IMG/VR virus record: IMGVR_UViG_3300029288_000082
Location: 97,120-161,119 of that record
Direction: 5' to 3' (one strand)
DNA: 64,000 nucleotides
From: a virus
Taxonomy: Duplodnaviria; Caudoviricetes
Part shown: one piece after another, positions 47,960 through 56,885 of the stretch
Numbering within the stretch: the stretch's first letter is position 1
Layout: every line of letters begins with the position of its first letter
The notes under the pieces: generated by a model
The model's input: only the letters and a program-made list of their open reading frames with translations
The model's database searches: none
What the model was told of the DNA's origin: nothing
Program-made: the position numbers and the translations under genes

Positions 47960-49660
47960 CGGGCACCTCCTCCGCGCACACGTGTTCGCATCCACGGCCT
48001 GCATTTTACCGCTCTCCGTGCGCTTTGTCAACGATGACCGCCTCCGCGTGCGCCGCCAGCTCCGCCGCCTGCGCGTCCAGCTCCGCCTCGTACCGCGCCG
48101 CGCAGGCCGGGCAGATGCCGTCGGTCACCTCGACCACGCGGCGGTCCAGGGGCGCCACGGGCATCCCCCAGGTGGTCCCCGACCGGACCCGGCCACACCA
48201 GGCGCAGCGGTGGATCATCAAGTACCTCCTGCTAAGCAGGCGGTTTGTGAGTGAACCATGCAGAACACGGCTCCCCACGATAGGCTGCTTGACACACAGC
48301 CCATCCGCTCCGGTCGTGCCGAAGCGGTACGGAAGGCGGCAAGTCCAAATGCCATAGAGGTCTTGGAGACCGTTGGCAGCTTGATCGCCTTCATGTCACA
48401 ATACCAAATCCATTCGCCAAAATCAACCTTACTGGCGATTCCCCTGTCGGCCAAACCCGACAGTCCACTCACCTTCATGGCGCCCCCCGGGTGGCCGTCC
48501 AGACCGTCGGGCACCAGATCGGGTCGGTGACGACGGCCTTGGTTCTCTCGCGCCACGCCTTGAACGCGGCCAGCACCGGCTCGTGCCGGCACCCCGCACA
48601 AGCCTCCCGGCCGCAGAACGCCGACGTGCAGCAGCTCGGGTACACCCGCGTGCGATCCTCCCGCGGCAGCGAACACGTGTGCGCGGTCATGCTCAGTCCT
48701 CCTCTCACGAGCACACCGCAGCATCCAGCGGCGCATCCGACGCGTCGGTGTAGAGACACACAGTCGCACCAGCCATCGACCACATGATCGCGGCGTGGAT
48801 CGGCGCGGCAGACGATATCATCTCGGCAATCAGCGGGAGATCTTCGGACGCCGCCGCGAAATCTGCCGTGGCGAACGATCGGTGTTTGCCTGGTTCATCA
48901 GGAAAACGCGTCCATTCCGGCTCGCCGCACAACTCGGTCAATTTGGATAGAAGTTCGTCGCGTGTCATGCTCCCCCCGTGATCCGGCGGGCCAGCGCACG
49001 CAGGCGCGCCGCCTGCTCAGTCGCAGGCCGCATCCCGATCTCGTCGTTGCGGTCCGCGACGATCGCCAGCGCGAACCGGATGTCCTCGATCTCGTCGTCC
49101 GTCAGGGTGATCTCATGCGTGTCCATCTCACTCCTCCTCTCGCTGCGTCCTCAGCAGCACCGAGCCGTCAAGTGGGACTCACCCCGCGGGGGAAGAGGGG
49201 CCCCGGCTCCCGGGGTGCCTCGACGACTCGGGGCCGGTGAGGACCGGCCCGGAACCTAGCAGCCGCACACCCAGTCCAGGTCGCCAGCCGGGCCGTGCTC
49301 GCCGCAGCGAGGGCACACCACGGACAGCGCCGCGCGGAACTCGTCAGCGATCCGCTCCCGCGCGACCGCCTCGTACTCGGTCCGCTCGGGGATGAACGCG
49401 ACACCAGGCCCCTCCGTTACGTCGGCCTCCCACTCCTCGTGCGCCCACGTGCGGATCGATTCGGCCAGTTCGCCGACCAGCTCGTCCACGCTCGCGACCT
49501 CGAACGGCCCGCAGTCCCCGAACCTCTCGTCGTTGTTGTACAGCAGCATTTTCCCTCTCTCCTTCTGCGGCGTCCCTGCCGCGTTGCCATGCTCACACAA
49601 TAACCGCTTGGGTTGCGTTTGTCAACCACCCTGGCGTCCCCCCTGGTCGATTGTTTCTAA

Positions 49661-51271
49661 CTACCCGGAATCGCGGGCCTTTTTCTGCACCCGAGCGCGG
49701 TACGCTGCGGCATCTGCGACGCTACAGCACGCCCGGCAGGCGCCGGACAGGCCATCCCGGGCCCGGGCCCGCCGGGCAAACGCGGCCAGGGGCAGCACGG
49801 CGCCGCACCGGCAGCACTGCTTCCGGCCCTCCGCGGCGTACGGGTTCTCCTTGCGCAGGGCCAGCTTGGGCTTGCTGCCCCCGATGTGCCCCCCCAGGGC
49901 CTCGCACACGTACACGCCCCCGTTCCGGGCCAGGTTGCGCGCGTACGTCCGCGGCAGCACCACGTGGTCCACCCCGCAGTAGGGACAGAACACCGTCACC
50001 GAGGCCGCCTGCTCCTTGGCGTAGTGCCGGTCCCGGATGGCCTTCCGCTGCGCCTTGGCCCGGTCCTCGTAGGTATGATCGTCTTGCTGGGTGGCCAAAT
50101 ATCGATGGGCCCACGCTATGACCCGAGCATCCTTTCCGAGAGCGCTATCACGCTCCGTCCACACCCGCAGAGGCACACCTCGCGCGATCGCGTAGGCAGT
50201 TGAATCCGCCAGCTGATCCTTGACGTCCGGCTCATCCAATCGCGAGAACGGCTTGACCTCCCAGATCTCCTCGTGGCCATCCGAAAAAGTCACCAGGAGA
50301 TCTGGGTTGCGCCAGCGACCGTCCGCTGCCTGGAACGTCTCGCAACGCCGCACCGCGGCCACGAGCGGATCCTGGTCCAACTCGAACAGGCAACGCAGCT
50401 CGTAGGATGATCCGAAATAAACCGCGCCGCCTCCCTTGGCAGTGGGAAACACCCCACGCACATGAGCGTGCCTGTACACGCCATCCGCGTGCATCTGAGC
50501 AGTGGACGCCGACCGACGTGCTCGACGCTGGTCCCGCACCTCTGTGTTCAGGCAGTAGATCCAGCACACCTTCCCAGCGTCGTACACCCTCGTCAACCCG
50601 CGCTCCTGCGCCCACTCCCACTCCGTGAGGTCCGCCGGACACCCCGTGTGGCTCTTGCGCTGGCTCTGCTTCGAGACACGGCGGCCGTCCCGCACGTAGA
50701 AATAGTCGGGCCGGTAGGTCTTGTGCCGCGCGAACCCAATCCGCTCATACACGGCACCGGGCGTAAGGCGGTTGTCGCTGTAGCTCACGATATCGTCGTA
50801 CTGGCGCTCCCGAGCCCAGGCCACCGCAGCCGAGAACAGCCGGGACGCGCCGCCCACCACCTGCACCCCGGGCGCGAAGCACAGCCGATCCAGCACGATC
50901 CAGTTCTGCGAGATCTGTCGCGGGTGGCGCCCAAGGGACAACACGCCAACCAGATCCTCCCCATGGAACAGGCCGAACCGCACCAGGGCCAGCCGGTTGC
51001 TACCCTGCACATGACAGCGATCCAGGAATGGGGTGGCTTGCGCCCGTGGAATCTCCCGCACCGCGCAAGCCCGAGCCCCTACCCGTCTCTCGAACAGGCC
51101 AGCGCGGGCCTGCACAAAGGCTTCACACTGCGGCCTCCGACGCTCCCATTCATCTGAGAACAGAAACACCTGATCGGGCTCCCCAGCTAACCCATGTGCC
51201 AGTCTCGACAGCACCGATGCATCCCCAAGGTCAATCACCGCCACCATGATTTTTCCCACCTTGAATTCCAT
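49661..51271 (-). CDS. Free-standing homing-endonuclease-like protein (GNAT/Hef-like domain, TnsA-like PD-(D/E)XK nuclease, Zn fingers)
   Basis: FLDRCHVQG...VVGGASRL...SYSDNR...G.VYERIGF; F.SSYEL...NPDLLV...IWEVKP; lies directly after the MCP. Confidence 0.7.
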   Translation of the reverse strand: MEFKVGKIMVAVIDLGDASVLSRLAHGLAGEPDQVFLFSDEWERRRPQCEAFVQARAGLFERRVGARACAVREIPRAQATPFLDRCHVQGSNRLALVRFGLFHGEDLVGVLSLGRHPRQISQNWIVLDRLCFAPGVQVVGGASRLFSAAVAWARERQYDDIVSYSDNRLTPGAVYERIGFARHKTYRPDYFYVRDGRRVSKQSQRKSHTGCPADLTEWEWAQERGLTRVYDAGKVCWIYCLNTEVRDQRRARRSASTAQMHADGVYRHAHVRGVFPTAKGGGAVYFGSSYELRCLFELDQDPLVAAVRRCETFQAADGRWRNPDLLVTFSDGHEEIWEVKPFSRLDEPDVKDQLADSTAYAIARGVPLRVWTERDSALGKDARVIAWAHRYLATQQDDHTYEDRAKAQRKAIRDRHYAKEQAASVTVFCPYCGVDHVVLPRTYARNLARNGGVYVCEALGGHIGGSKPKLALRKENPYAAEGRKQCCRCGAVLPLAAFARRARARDGLSGACRACCSVADAAAYRARVQKKARDSG

Positions 51272-51364
51272 GCCGGAATGGTAACCAAACAATGAAACAA
51301 AAGCAAGGGGGGAGATAGCGCGGCCCTGTTTGGGGCCGCACCAATGGAAATGTAGAGGGGGAAG

Positions 51365-51380
51365 CGTGGCTTACGCCACG
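51365..51380 (-). terminator. Hairpin downstream of the major capsid gene
   Basis: CGTGGC-GTAA-GCCACG (GNRA loop) 8 nt after the stop codon; the U-tract is weak. Confidence 0.4.
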
Positions 51381-51387
51381 AAAGAGG

Positions 51388-53010
51388 CTAGACCGTGGTC
51401 ACGGTGGGCAGGCCGGCGCAGGTGATGACGCCGTAGTACTCCGGCCGTAGCATGCGACTCGCGTAACGGGTCCTCACGCCTTTGCGCACGCGGAAGTCGG
51501 CCGGGTCGAGGAAGGACGGGGTGATCTGGAGCGGCACGTAGGGGGCGTAGACGTAGCCGGCGTCCAGGTAGCTGTTGCCCTTGAGGCCGACCAGGACCTT
51601 GTTGGCGGCCATGTAGGGGTCCTGGTAGACGGCGTAGCGCCTGAGCAGGGTGCCGACGCGGGCGATGCCGAAGTCCGAGGTCAGCGGCCCGTAGGACGGC
51701 GACTGGACGTTCTGCTCGATGCTGGCGAAGTCGCCGTGGGTCGAGAGCTGGTCCAGCAGGGCGCCGACGCCCGGGGGCACGACGATGAAGTTGGCCGGCG
51801 ACCGACCGCTGGCCCGGTGGATCTCCGCGCCCACCGCGCTGATCTTGGTGATCAGGTTGCGGATGGTCTCGATCTCGCCCGCGGTGCCCGCCGTGTAGGC
51901 GTAGGTGTAGGTCGCGGCGAACCGCGCGCCCGTCACCAGGGCGTCCACGATCTCGCGGTCGACCTCCAGCAGCACCTCGTTGGCGAACGTGCTGACCAGC
52001 TCGGTCTCCGCGTCGATGCCGTGCAGCGCCCGCATGTCATCCGCCGCCTCCACCGACCAGTGCGCCTTGAGCTTGCGGCTCTCGGCCTTCACCGTGTACA
52101 GGGCGATGTCCAGCCCGATGGACGGGACCTCGGCGCCGTTGGTGGACCCCACCTGCTCCCAGTTCACGTAGTACTGGAGGTAGATGACCGTGTTGTTCTG
52201 GAAGATCGACGCGACGCCGGTCTCGTCGAACGCGGAGATGGACCACGCGCCGGTGCCCACGACCAGCGTGCCCACCGTGGTGCCGTACTGGTCCACCAGG
52301 TTGTTGGTGACGCCGGTCGGGTCCAGCGTGGCCACGATGTCCAGCCAGCCCGTGGTGGCGTTGTCGCGCGTGCGGTAGTAGGCCACCACCGAGAAGGTGC
52401 GCTGGGCGTCCACGCCCGGGGCCCGCATGGGCGACCAGGCCGGCAGCCGACAGTTGGCCGACACGTTGGTGAGCGGGCCCGCGCCGCCGCCCGTCTGCGT
52501 GCAGACCACGTCGTAGTCCACGTACTCCGAGGAGTAGTAGCGCGCGAAGTTCTCGTTGATGTTGTCGCCCGCACCCAGCTGGCCACCGTAGTTCTGGTTG
52601 TACGGCTGGTTGGTGATGCCCAGCTGCGGGATCTTGGTGCCCTTGCGGTCGTCGTACTTCTTCTCGTAGTAGAAAATTCCACCCACGGGAGAAGTCATAG
52701 GTTGAACGGATACCAATTGATTTGCGATGAGGTTGGGGAACACCCGGCGCAGCACCGGGAACGCGTACTTGGTGAACGCGCCCGCGTTGGTGCTCAGGGT
52801 GTCCTCCTGCAGCTCCTTCACGTGCCCCATCTGGTTCTCCAGCAGCATCGCCGTGCACCGGCGGATGTAGCGGTGGTTGATGGGGTCCTGCGGCGAGCGG
52901 GGCGACAGCATCTTGGCCCAGCGCTGCTCGCAGGCCGCGCTGTAGCTCTCGTCGAAGATGGTGCCCTTGCCCTTGTTGCCCTGTTCGAGGATCTCTCGTG
53001 CTTCGGTCAT
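51388..53010 (-). CDS. Major capsid protein (T4 gp23-like)
   Basis: FPVLRRVFPNLIANQLVSVQPMTSPVG, ESRKLKAHWSVEAADD, EVDREI, YAPYVPL and TRYA motifs. Confidence 0.97.
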   Translation of the reverse strand: MTEAREILEQGNKGKGTIFDESYSAACEQRWAKMLSPRSPQDPINHRYIRRCTAMLLENQMGHVKELQEDTLSTNAGAFTKYAFPVLRRVFPNLIANQLVSVQPMTSPVGGIFYYEKKYDDRKGTKIPQLGITNQPYNQNYGGQLGAGDNINENFARYYSSEYVDYDVVCTQTGGGAGPLTNVSANCRLPAWSPMRAPGVDAQRTFSVVAYYRTRDNATTGWLDIVATLDPTGVTNNLVDQYGTTVGTLVVGTGAWSISAFDETGVASIFQNNTVIYLQYYVNWEQVGSTNGAEVPSIGLDIALYTVKAESRKLKAHWSVEAADDMRALHGIDAETELVSTFANEVLLEVDREIVDALVTGARFAATYTYAYTAGTAGEIETIRNLITKISAVGAEIHRASGRSPANFIVVPPGVGALLDQLSTHGDFASIEQNVQSPSYGPLTSDFGIARVGTLLRRYAVYQDPYMAANKVLVGLKGNSYLDAGYVYAPYVPLQITPSFLDPADFRVRKGVRTRYASRMLRPEYYGVITCAGLPTVTTV

Positions 53011-53030
53011 GACTCTCTCTCCTTTTGTGG

Positions 53031-54674
53031 TTAGTCGGTCAGGCCGGCCAGCCGCTGCATCTCCTCGTAGGAGTTGCCGAAGGGATCCTTGTCCCCTCGG
53101 GTGCTGCTAGACCCGCGCCGTCCCTCGGACAGTTCCCGCTGGTCGCCGTGGCCGCGCTGCAGCCGCCGGCGCATCTCCCGCAGGTCCTCGTCCAACATGT
53201 CCGTCCGTCCGTACCGCGTCACGACCGCATCAACCTCGGCCTTGGAGGAGACGTCCTCCATCAGGCCCAACACCTCTCTACCGTTCGCCAATTGTGCTAC
53301 CTTCGCCGCCTTGTAGGCGTCCAGGGCCTCGGCCCGCAGAGCGTCCACCCGGGCTTCAAACCGGGTGCGCTCCTCGGCCAAGGTCTGCTCCGCCTGCTCG
53401 GCCTGGGCCTGCGCCTCCTCCAGGGAGGACAGCATGCCACGGCTCAACTCAGCTGCCTTGCCCAACCGCGCGTCCAACGATGCTACCTTTTCCTGCAGGG
53501 ACGACATCTCGCCCCGCAGCGTCGTGTTCTCTTCCAGGAGCCGCTGCTCTGCCGCCGACGGCCCCGGCGCCGGTAGCCGCTCATGCAGGAGCGCCAGCCG
53601 CTGCTCGACGTCCTGCTCCGACGTGAACTGCACGCCCTCCAGCAGGGCGCGGGCGGCCTCCGCCGTCTCCCCCTGCCCCAGCTGCCGCTCCACCAGCAGC
53701 TGCAGCCGAACCTGCTGCGCCTCGGCCACCGCCGCGTCCCGCGCCGCCTCGGCCTCGGTGCGCGCCAGCGTCTCGGCCTTCATGGCATCCCGCACCGCCC
53801 GCTCGTCGGGCTGGGTACGATAAGCGCCCACCATCTCCGCGATCTGCGCCAGGGTGGCCCGGGCCGCGCCCACCGATGGGTCGGCCGCGTACTCCTCGCG
53901 CAGCTGCTGCCCCAGGTCCTCCCGCGCCTCCAGCAGCGCCGCCGCCAGGCGTTCCTCGAACGCCTCCGTCATCTCCGTGCGAACACGTGTGCGCTCGGCC
54001 TCCACCGCCGCGTCCACGCCGGCCACGACCTTCTCCTTGGCCTTGGCCACGGCGTCCGCCGCCGCCTGCTCCTGGAGCTGCTGCGCCACCTCGGGGAACT
54101 CCGCCAGGAACTGCTCGGCCAGCGTGGCCGGATCCGCCTCCTCCACCGACTCCATGGTGATGGTGGGCACGGCCGTGCGCACCGCCGGGTCCGCCACGAA
54201 GTCGTAGGTCCGCAGCACGAAGTCGTCCTGGACCTCCTCGCCCTCCACCTTGCCAGACGAAGGGCGCGTGCTGCCGAAGCCCCGGCTGGACACCGGCACC
54301 GGGATCCGCGCCTCCACCAGCGCCCGCAGGTCGCGGCCCGTCGTGGTGTTCAGTATCTCCGCCTCGCCCATCACCCGCCCGTCCGCCTCCAGCCACAGAT
54401 CCGTGATCACGTGGCTCACCAGGGACAGCGAAGATTTCCCGCTCTGCGGATGGTCGAGCTGTCCGAGCACGCGCCGGTTCTCCAGGTCTTCCTTCAGCCG
54501 CTTGATCTCCCGCTCCATCAGCTTGGTGCTGTAGATTCGGCCGTTCAACGTCGGCGTATCGCAGCGCCCGAACTCTCCGCGCGCCACCAGCTTGCCGGAC
54601 CCAGGGGCGCCACGTGCCTCGGTCAACTCGAACACCGATGGCGCCGTGGTCTCGATCAGCAACTGCTTCGACAT
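53031..54674 (-). CDS. Prohead protease (gp21-like) fused to a coiled-coil scaffold
   Basis: NGRIY, LGQLDHP, VSSRGFGS and YDFVADP catalytic motifs, then a long Ala/Glu coiled coil; RBS before MSKQLLIE. Confidence 0.9.
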   Translation of the reverse strand: MSKQLLIETTAPSVFELTEARGAPGSGKLVARGEFGRCDTPTLNGRIYSTKLMEREIKRLKEDLENRRVLGQLDHPQSGKSSLSLVSHVITDLWLEADGRVMGEAEILNTTTGRDLRALVEARIPVPVSSRGFGSTRPSSGKVEGEEVQDDFVLRTYDFVADPAVRTAVPTITMESVEEADPATLAEQFLAEFPEVAQQLQEQAAADAVAKAKEKVVAGVDAAVEAERTRVRTEMTEAFEERLAAALLEAREDLGQQLREEYAADPSVGAARATLAQIAEMVGAYRTQPDERAVRDAMKAETLARTEAEAARDAAVAEAQQVRLQLLVERQLGQGETAEAARALLEGVQFTSEQDVEQRLALLHERLPAPGPSAAEQRLLEENTTLRGEMSSLQEKVASLDARLGKAAELSRGMLSSLEEAQAQAEQAEQTLAEERTRFEARVDALRAEALDAYKAAKVAQLANGREVLGLMEDVSSKAEVDAVVTRYGRTDMLDEDLREMRRRLQRGHGDQRELSEGRRGSSSTRGDKDPFGNSYEEMQRLAGLTD

Positions 54675-54917
54675 GGCTTCTTCCTCGCTCATTGGTGCGG
54701 GCCCCGTCGGCTCACCACTGCTTCCACCGCTTGAATTGGAGGCCGGTGCGGGCGATGGGATTTCGATCTGTCTTGCGCTTGGCAGCGGACGAGACGCGGC
54801 GCCCCGTTTTGTTGCCATCAGGCCGGACAGCTTGCTGTGCCCCATCGAGCCCACTCAGCTCCCGCCTCCCGGACGGATACGCCGTCCTGCGCTTGCGCCC
54901 CTCGTCAGCGAGGGGCC

Positions 54918-55868
54918 CTACCGGTTTCCCGGGACTCCGTCCAGCCGGTCCAGCGAGCGGGTGATCAGAGCCACCACCGGCCGCAGCTCGGCCAGGAAGG
55001 CGTCCGGAGCCATCACGGCCTCGTCCAGCCGCCCCGCCTCGTAGGAGGACGCCAGCGGCGCGACCGCCTCGTTGAACACCTCGGTCACGGCCACGTCGTC
55101 GAACTCCTGCGCCAGCAGGTCGATGACGTTGTCCACGTGCTCCAGGATCTCGTTGCGCACGTCCTGCGGCTTCTCCACGCTCTCGGAAAGCAGGTTCTCC
55201 AGCTCCACCGCGAACTCGGAGGTCTGGCCCTTGGGATGGCGCCGCCCAGCCAGCCGCTCCGACTTGGCGACGGATTTCCGCCCCTTCCCCATGGCCCACC
55301 GACCGGATGTTCTGGTGATACGCGCCAACTTGCCCGACCCACCAACCGCCTGTGCGGAGCGAATACATGGGCTCTTGGGATCCTTCGGGTCCTTCTTCCG
55401 ATAACCCTTTTTGCAGACGTAACTGGCCTGCATCGACATGGATCCAGCCTTGTAGCGCCTGGTGCGCTTCCCCATCGCCTCGCCCATCAGCCGCTCCGCC
55501 ACCGCCGTGGCGCGCTCGCGAACGCCAGGGATGTTGGACGGGATCCGCTTGGCCTTGAGGTTCTCGATCAGCTGGCCAACCTGCTCCTCGGACAGCGCGT
55601 CGAAGGGCAGCGCCTCGATGCGGTCGAAGAGGGCGGGCGTGACGAACGGCCCGTCGATCGGGTCGTGCACGGACTCGTCGTACTCCTCGTCATCGTCCTC
55701 TTCCTCTTCCTCGTCCGGGTCGGGCTCGTCCTCGGGCGGGGCCCCCTGCTCCGTCATGGAGAGGGGCGTGCCCAGGGCCAGCTTGGCCATCCGGTCCTCG
55801 GTCAGGTCGCCCAGGCCGAGCGCCTTCAGGTCCTCGTTCAGCGTGTTCTCTGGAATCCTCGGTTTCAT
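54918..55868 (-). CDS. Putative prohead core protein (acidic/basic), with probable -1 frameshift extension to 54712
   Basis: Between portal and protease; poly-D/E tract plus K/R-rich segment; ends in G GGA AAC CGG TAG followed by a hairpin. Confidence 0.7.
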   Translation of the reverse strand: MKPRIPENTLNEDLKALGLGDLTEDRMAKLALGTPLSMTEQGAPPEDEPDPDEEEEEDDDEEYDESVHDPIDGPFVTPALFDRIEALPFDALSEEQVGQLIENLKAKRIPSNIPGVRERATAVAERLMGEAMGKRTRRYKAGSMSMQASYVCKKGYRKKDPKDPKSPCIRSAQAVGGSGKLARITRTSGRWAMGKGRKSVAKSERLAGRRHPKGQTSEFAVELENLLSESVEKPQDVRNEILEHVDNVIDLLAQEFDDVAVTEVFNEAVAPLASSYEAGRLDEAVMAPDAFLAELRPVVALITRSLDRLDGVPGNR

Positions 55869-56881
55869 GTGCTCGCCTCCGCGCCTTTCTGGGCCCGCCC
55901 TACCAAGTAGGCGGCCACAATCTTCATGACCCTTGCTCGCCCGGCCCACTGATCGTGGGCCTCCGCCATGCGCTCGATATCCTCCGTGGTCCACAACTGA
56001 TCAACCTTGGCGAGCACCCCATACAGGGTCTGCGCTTCAACGAGCAACGACTCACGGATGGCACCATTGGTTCTGTCTTCATCATCGTCACGCCCACCAT
56101 CAAACACCAAATCACGAATCTCGTCAACAATCCCCCCGCACACGCCAGCGAGGAGACCAACAGACTCACGCAACTCCCCATCGAACTCGGGCAACCGGGA
56201 ACGCGGCAGCTTGGCGTAGGCCGTATGGGGCACCGCAGCCTCCAGCTCGCGGATGCTACCCCACATCTTGGTGCGGATGCGCTCCTGGTTCGCCTCGTAT
56301 AGCGCCCACCAGTGCTGATCGTCCGTCGCATCCATCGCCGCTTCTGCCAACCGCAGCGCTGCACCCAGCGTGTACGGCTCGCCCGGCCGCAGCAATCCTG
56401 CCACCGCGCGCACACGTGTGCGCTCCGGCGCCGTGCCCTGCATCATGCCCGCCACCAGCGCGCGCAGCTCCTCCCGCACCAACCCGGGCAGTTGCGCCTC
56501 CTCGAAGACCGGGATGGCGCTGGGCCGCACGTCCACCTGATCACCGTGCGCGTGCGCCTCGTGCAGCGCGCCGTCCGGCGTCTGAAACAGGCACCGAGGC
56601 AACATGGTCTTGGGATCGACCTGCGTGGCGATCACATCCACGCCCACGCCGACCGCCGCCCGGATGGACGCCTCCGCGCGCTCCAGCATCTCCTCTAGGC
56701 TGCCCACCGTCCACTGCGCCAGGTCCTCCGCGCGCACAAAGCGCCCCCCGCGCGACTTCTTCTTGCCGACGGGGACGCCGATCGGCCCCTCACCCTTCCC
56801 CGTAGCGAGCCCGCGCCCCGCCCCACCGGACCGCCGCTTCTTCCCGGGATCGGCACACGTCTCGATCATGGTCTCCGCCAT
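55865..56881 (-). CDS. Hypothetical head-module protein
   Basis: GAGG RBS directly after the portal; ATGA coupling to the next gene. Confidence 0.7.
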   Translation of the reverse strand: MAETMIETCADPGKKRRSGGAGRGLATGKGEGPIGVPVGKKKSRGGRFVRAEDLAQWTVGSLEEMLERAEASIRAAVGVGVDVIATQVDPKTMLPRCLFQTPDGALHEAHAHGDQVDVRPSAIPVFEEAQLPGLVREELRALVAGMMQGTAPERTRVRAVAGLLRPGEPYTLGAALRLAEAAMDATDDQHWWALYEANQERIRTKMWGSIRELEAAVPHTAYAKLPRSRLPEFDGELRESVGLLAGVCGGIVDEIRDLVFDGGRDDDEDRTNGAIRESLLVEAQTLYGVLAKVDQLWTTEDIERMAEAHDQWAGRARVMKIVAAYLVGRAQKGAEAST

Positions 56882-56885
56882 GGGA

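Larger units (their letters stand above)
25761..49625 (-). promoter_or_regulatory. Family of sigma70-type promoters with extended -35 GTTGACAAA
   Basis: Spans and -10 boxes: 25789-25761 TAAGAT; 27484-27455 TAGGAT; 33321-33293 CAGGAT; 33711-33683 TAATAT; 43158-43130 TAGAAT; 44393-44365 TACTGT; 46288-46259 CATGGT; 48031-48003 TAAAAT; 49625-49597 TATTGT. A further -35 at 45071 has a weak -10. Spacers are 17-18 nt. Confidence 0.8.

Noticed and set aside
49171-49255. Cluster of GC hairpins in an intergenic gap
   Set aside because: There is no dedicated promoter or U-tract; the hairpins are compatible with ordinary mRNA stability or termination stems in high-GC DNA.
54675-54854. 60-aa N-terminal extension of the protease given by the ORF track
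   Set aside because: It is low-complexity and lacks an RBS. A purine-rich RBS precedes ATG 54674, and the region is better explained by the -1 extension of the upstream gene.
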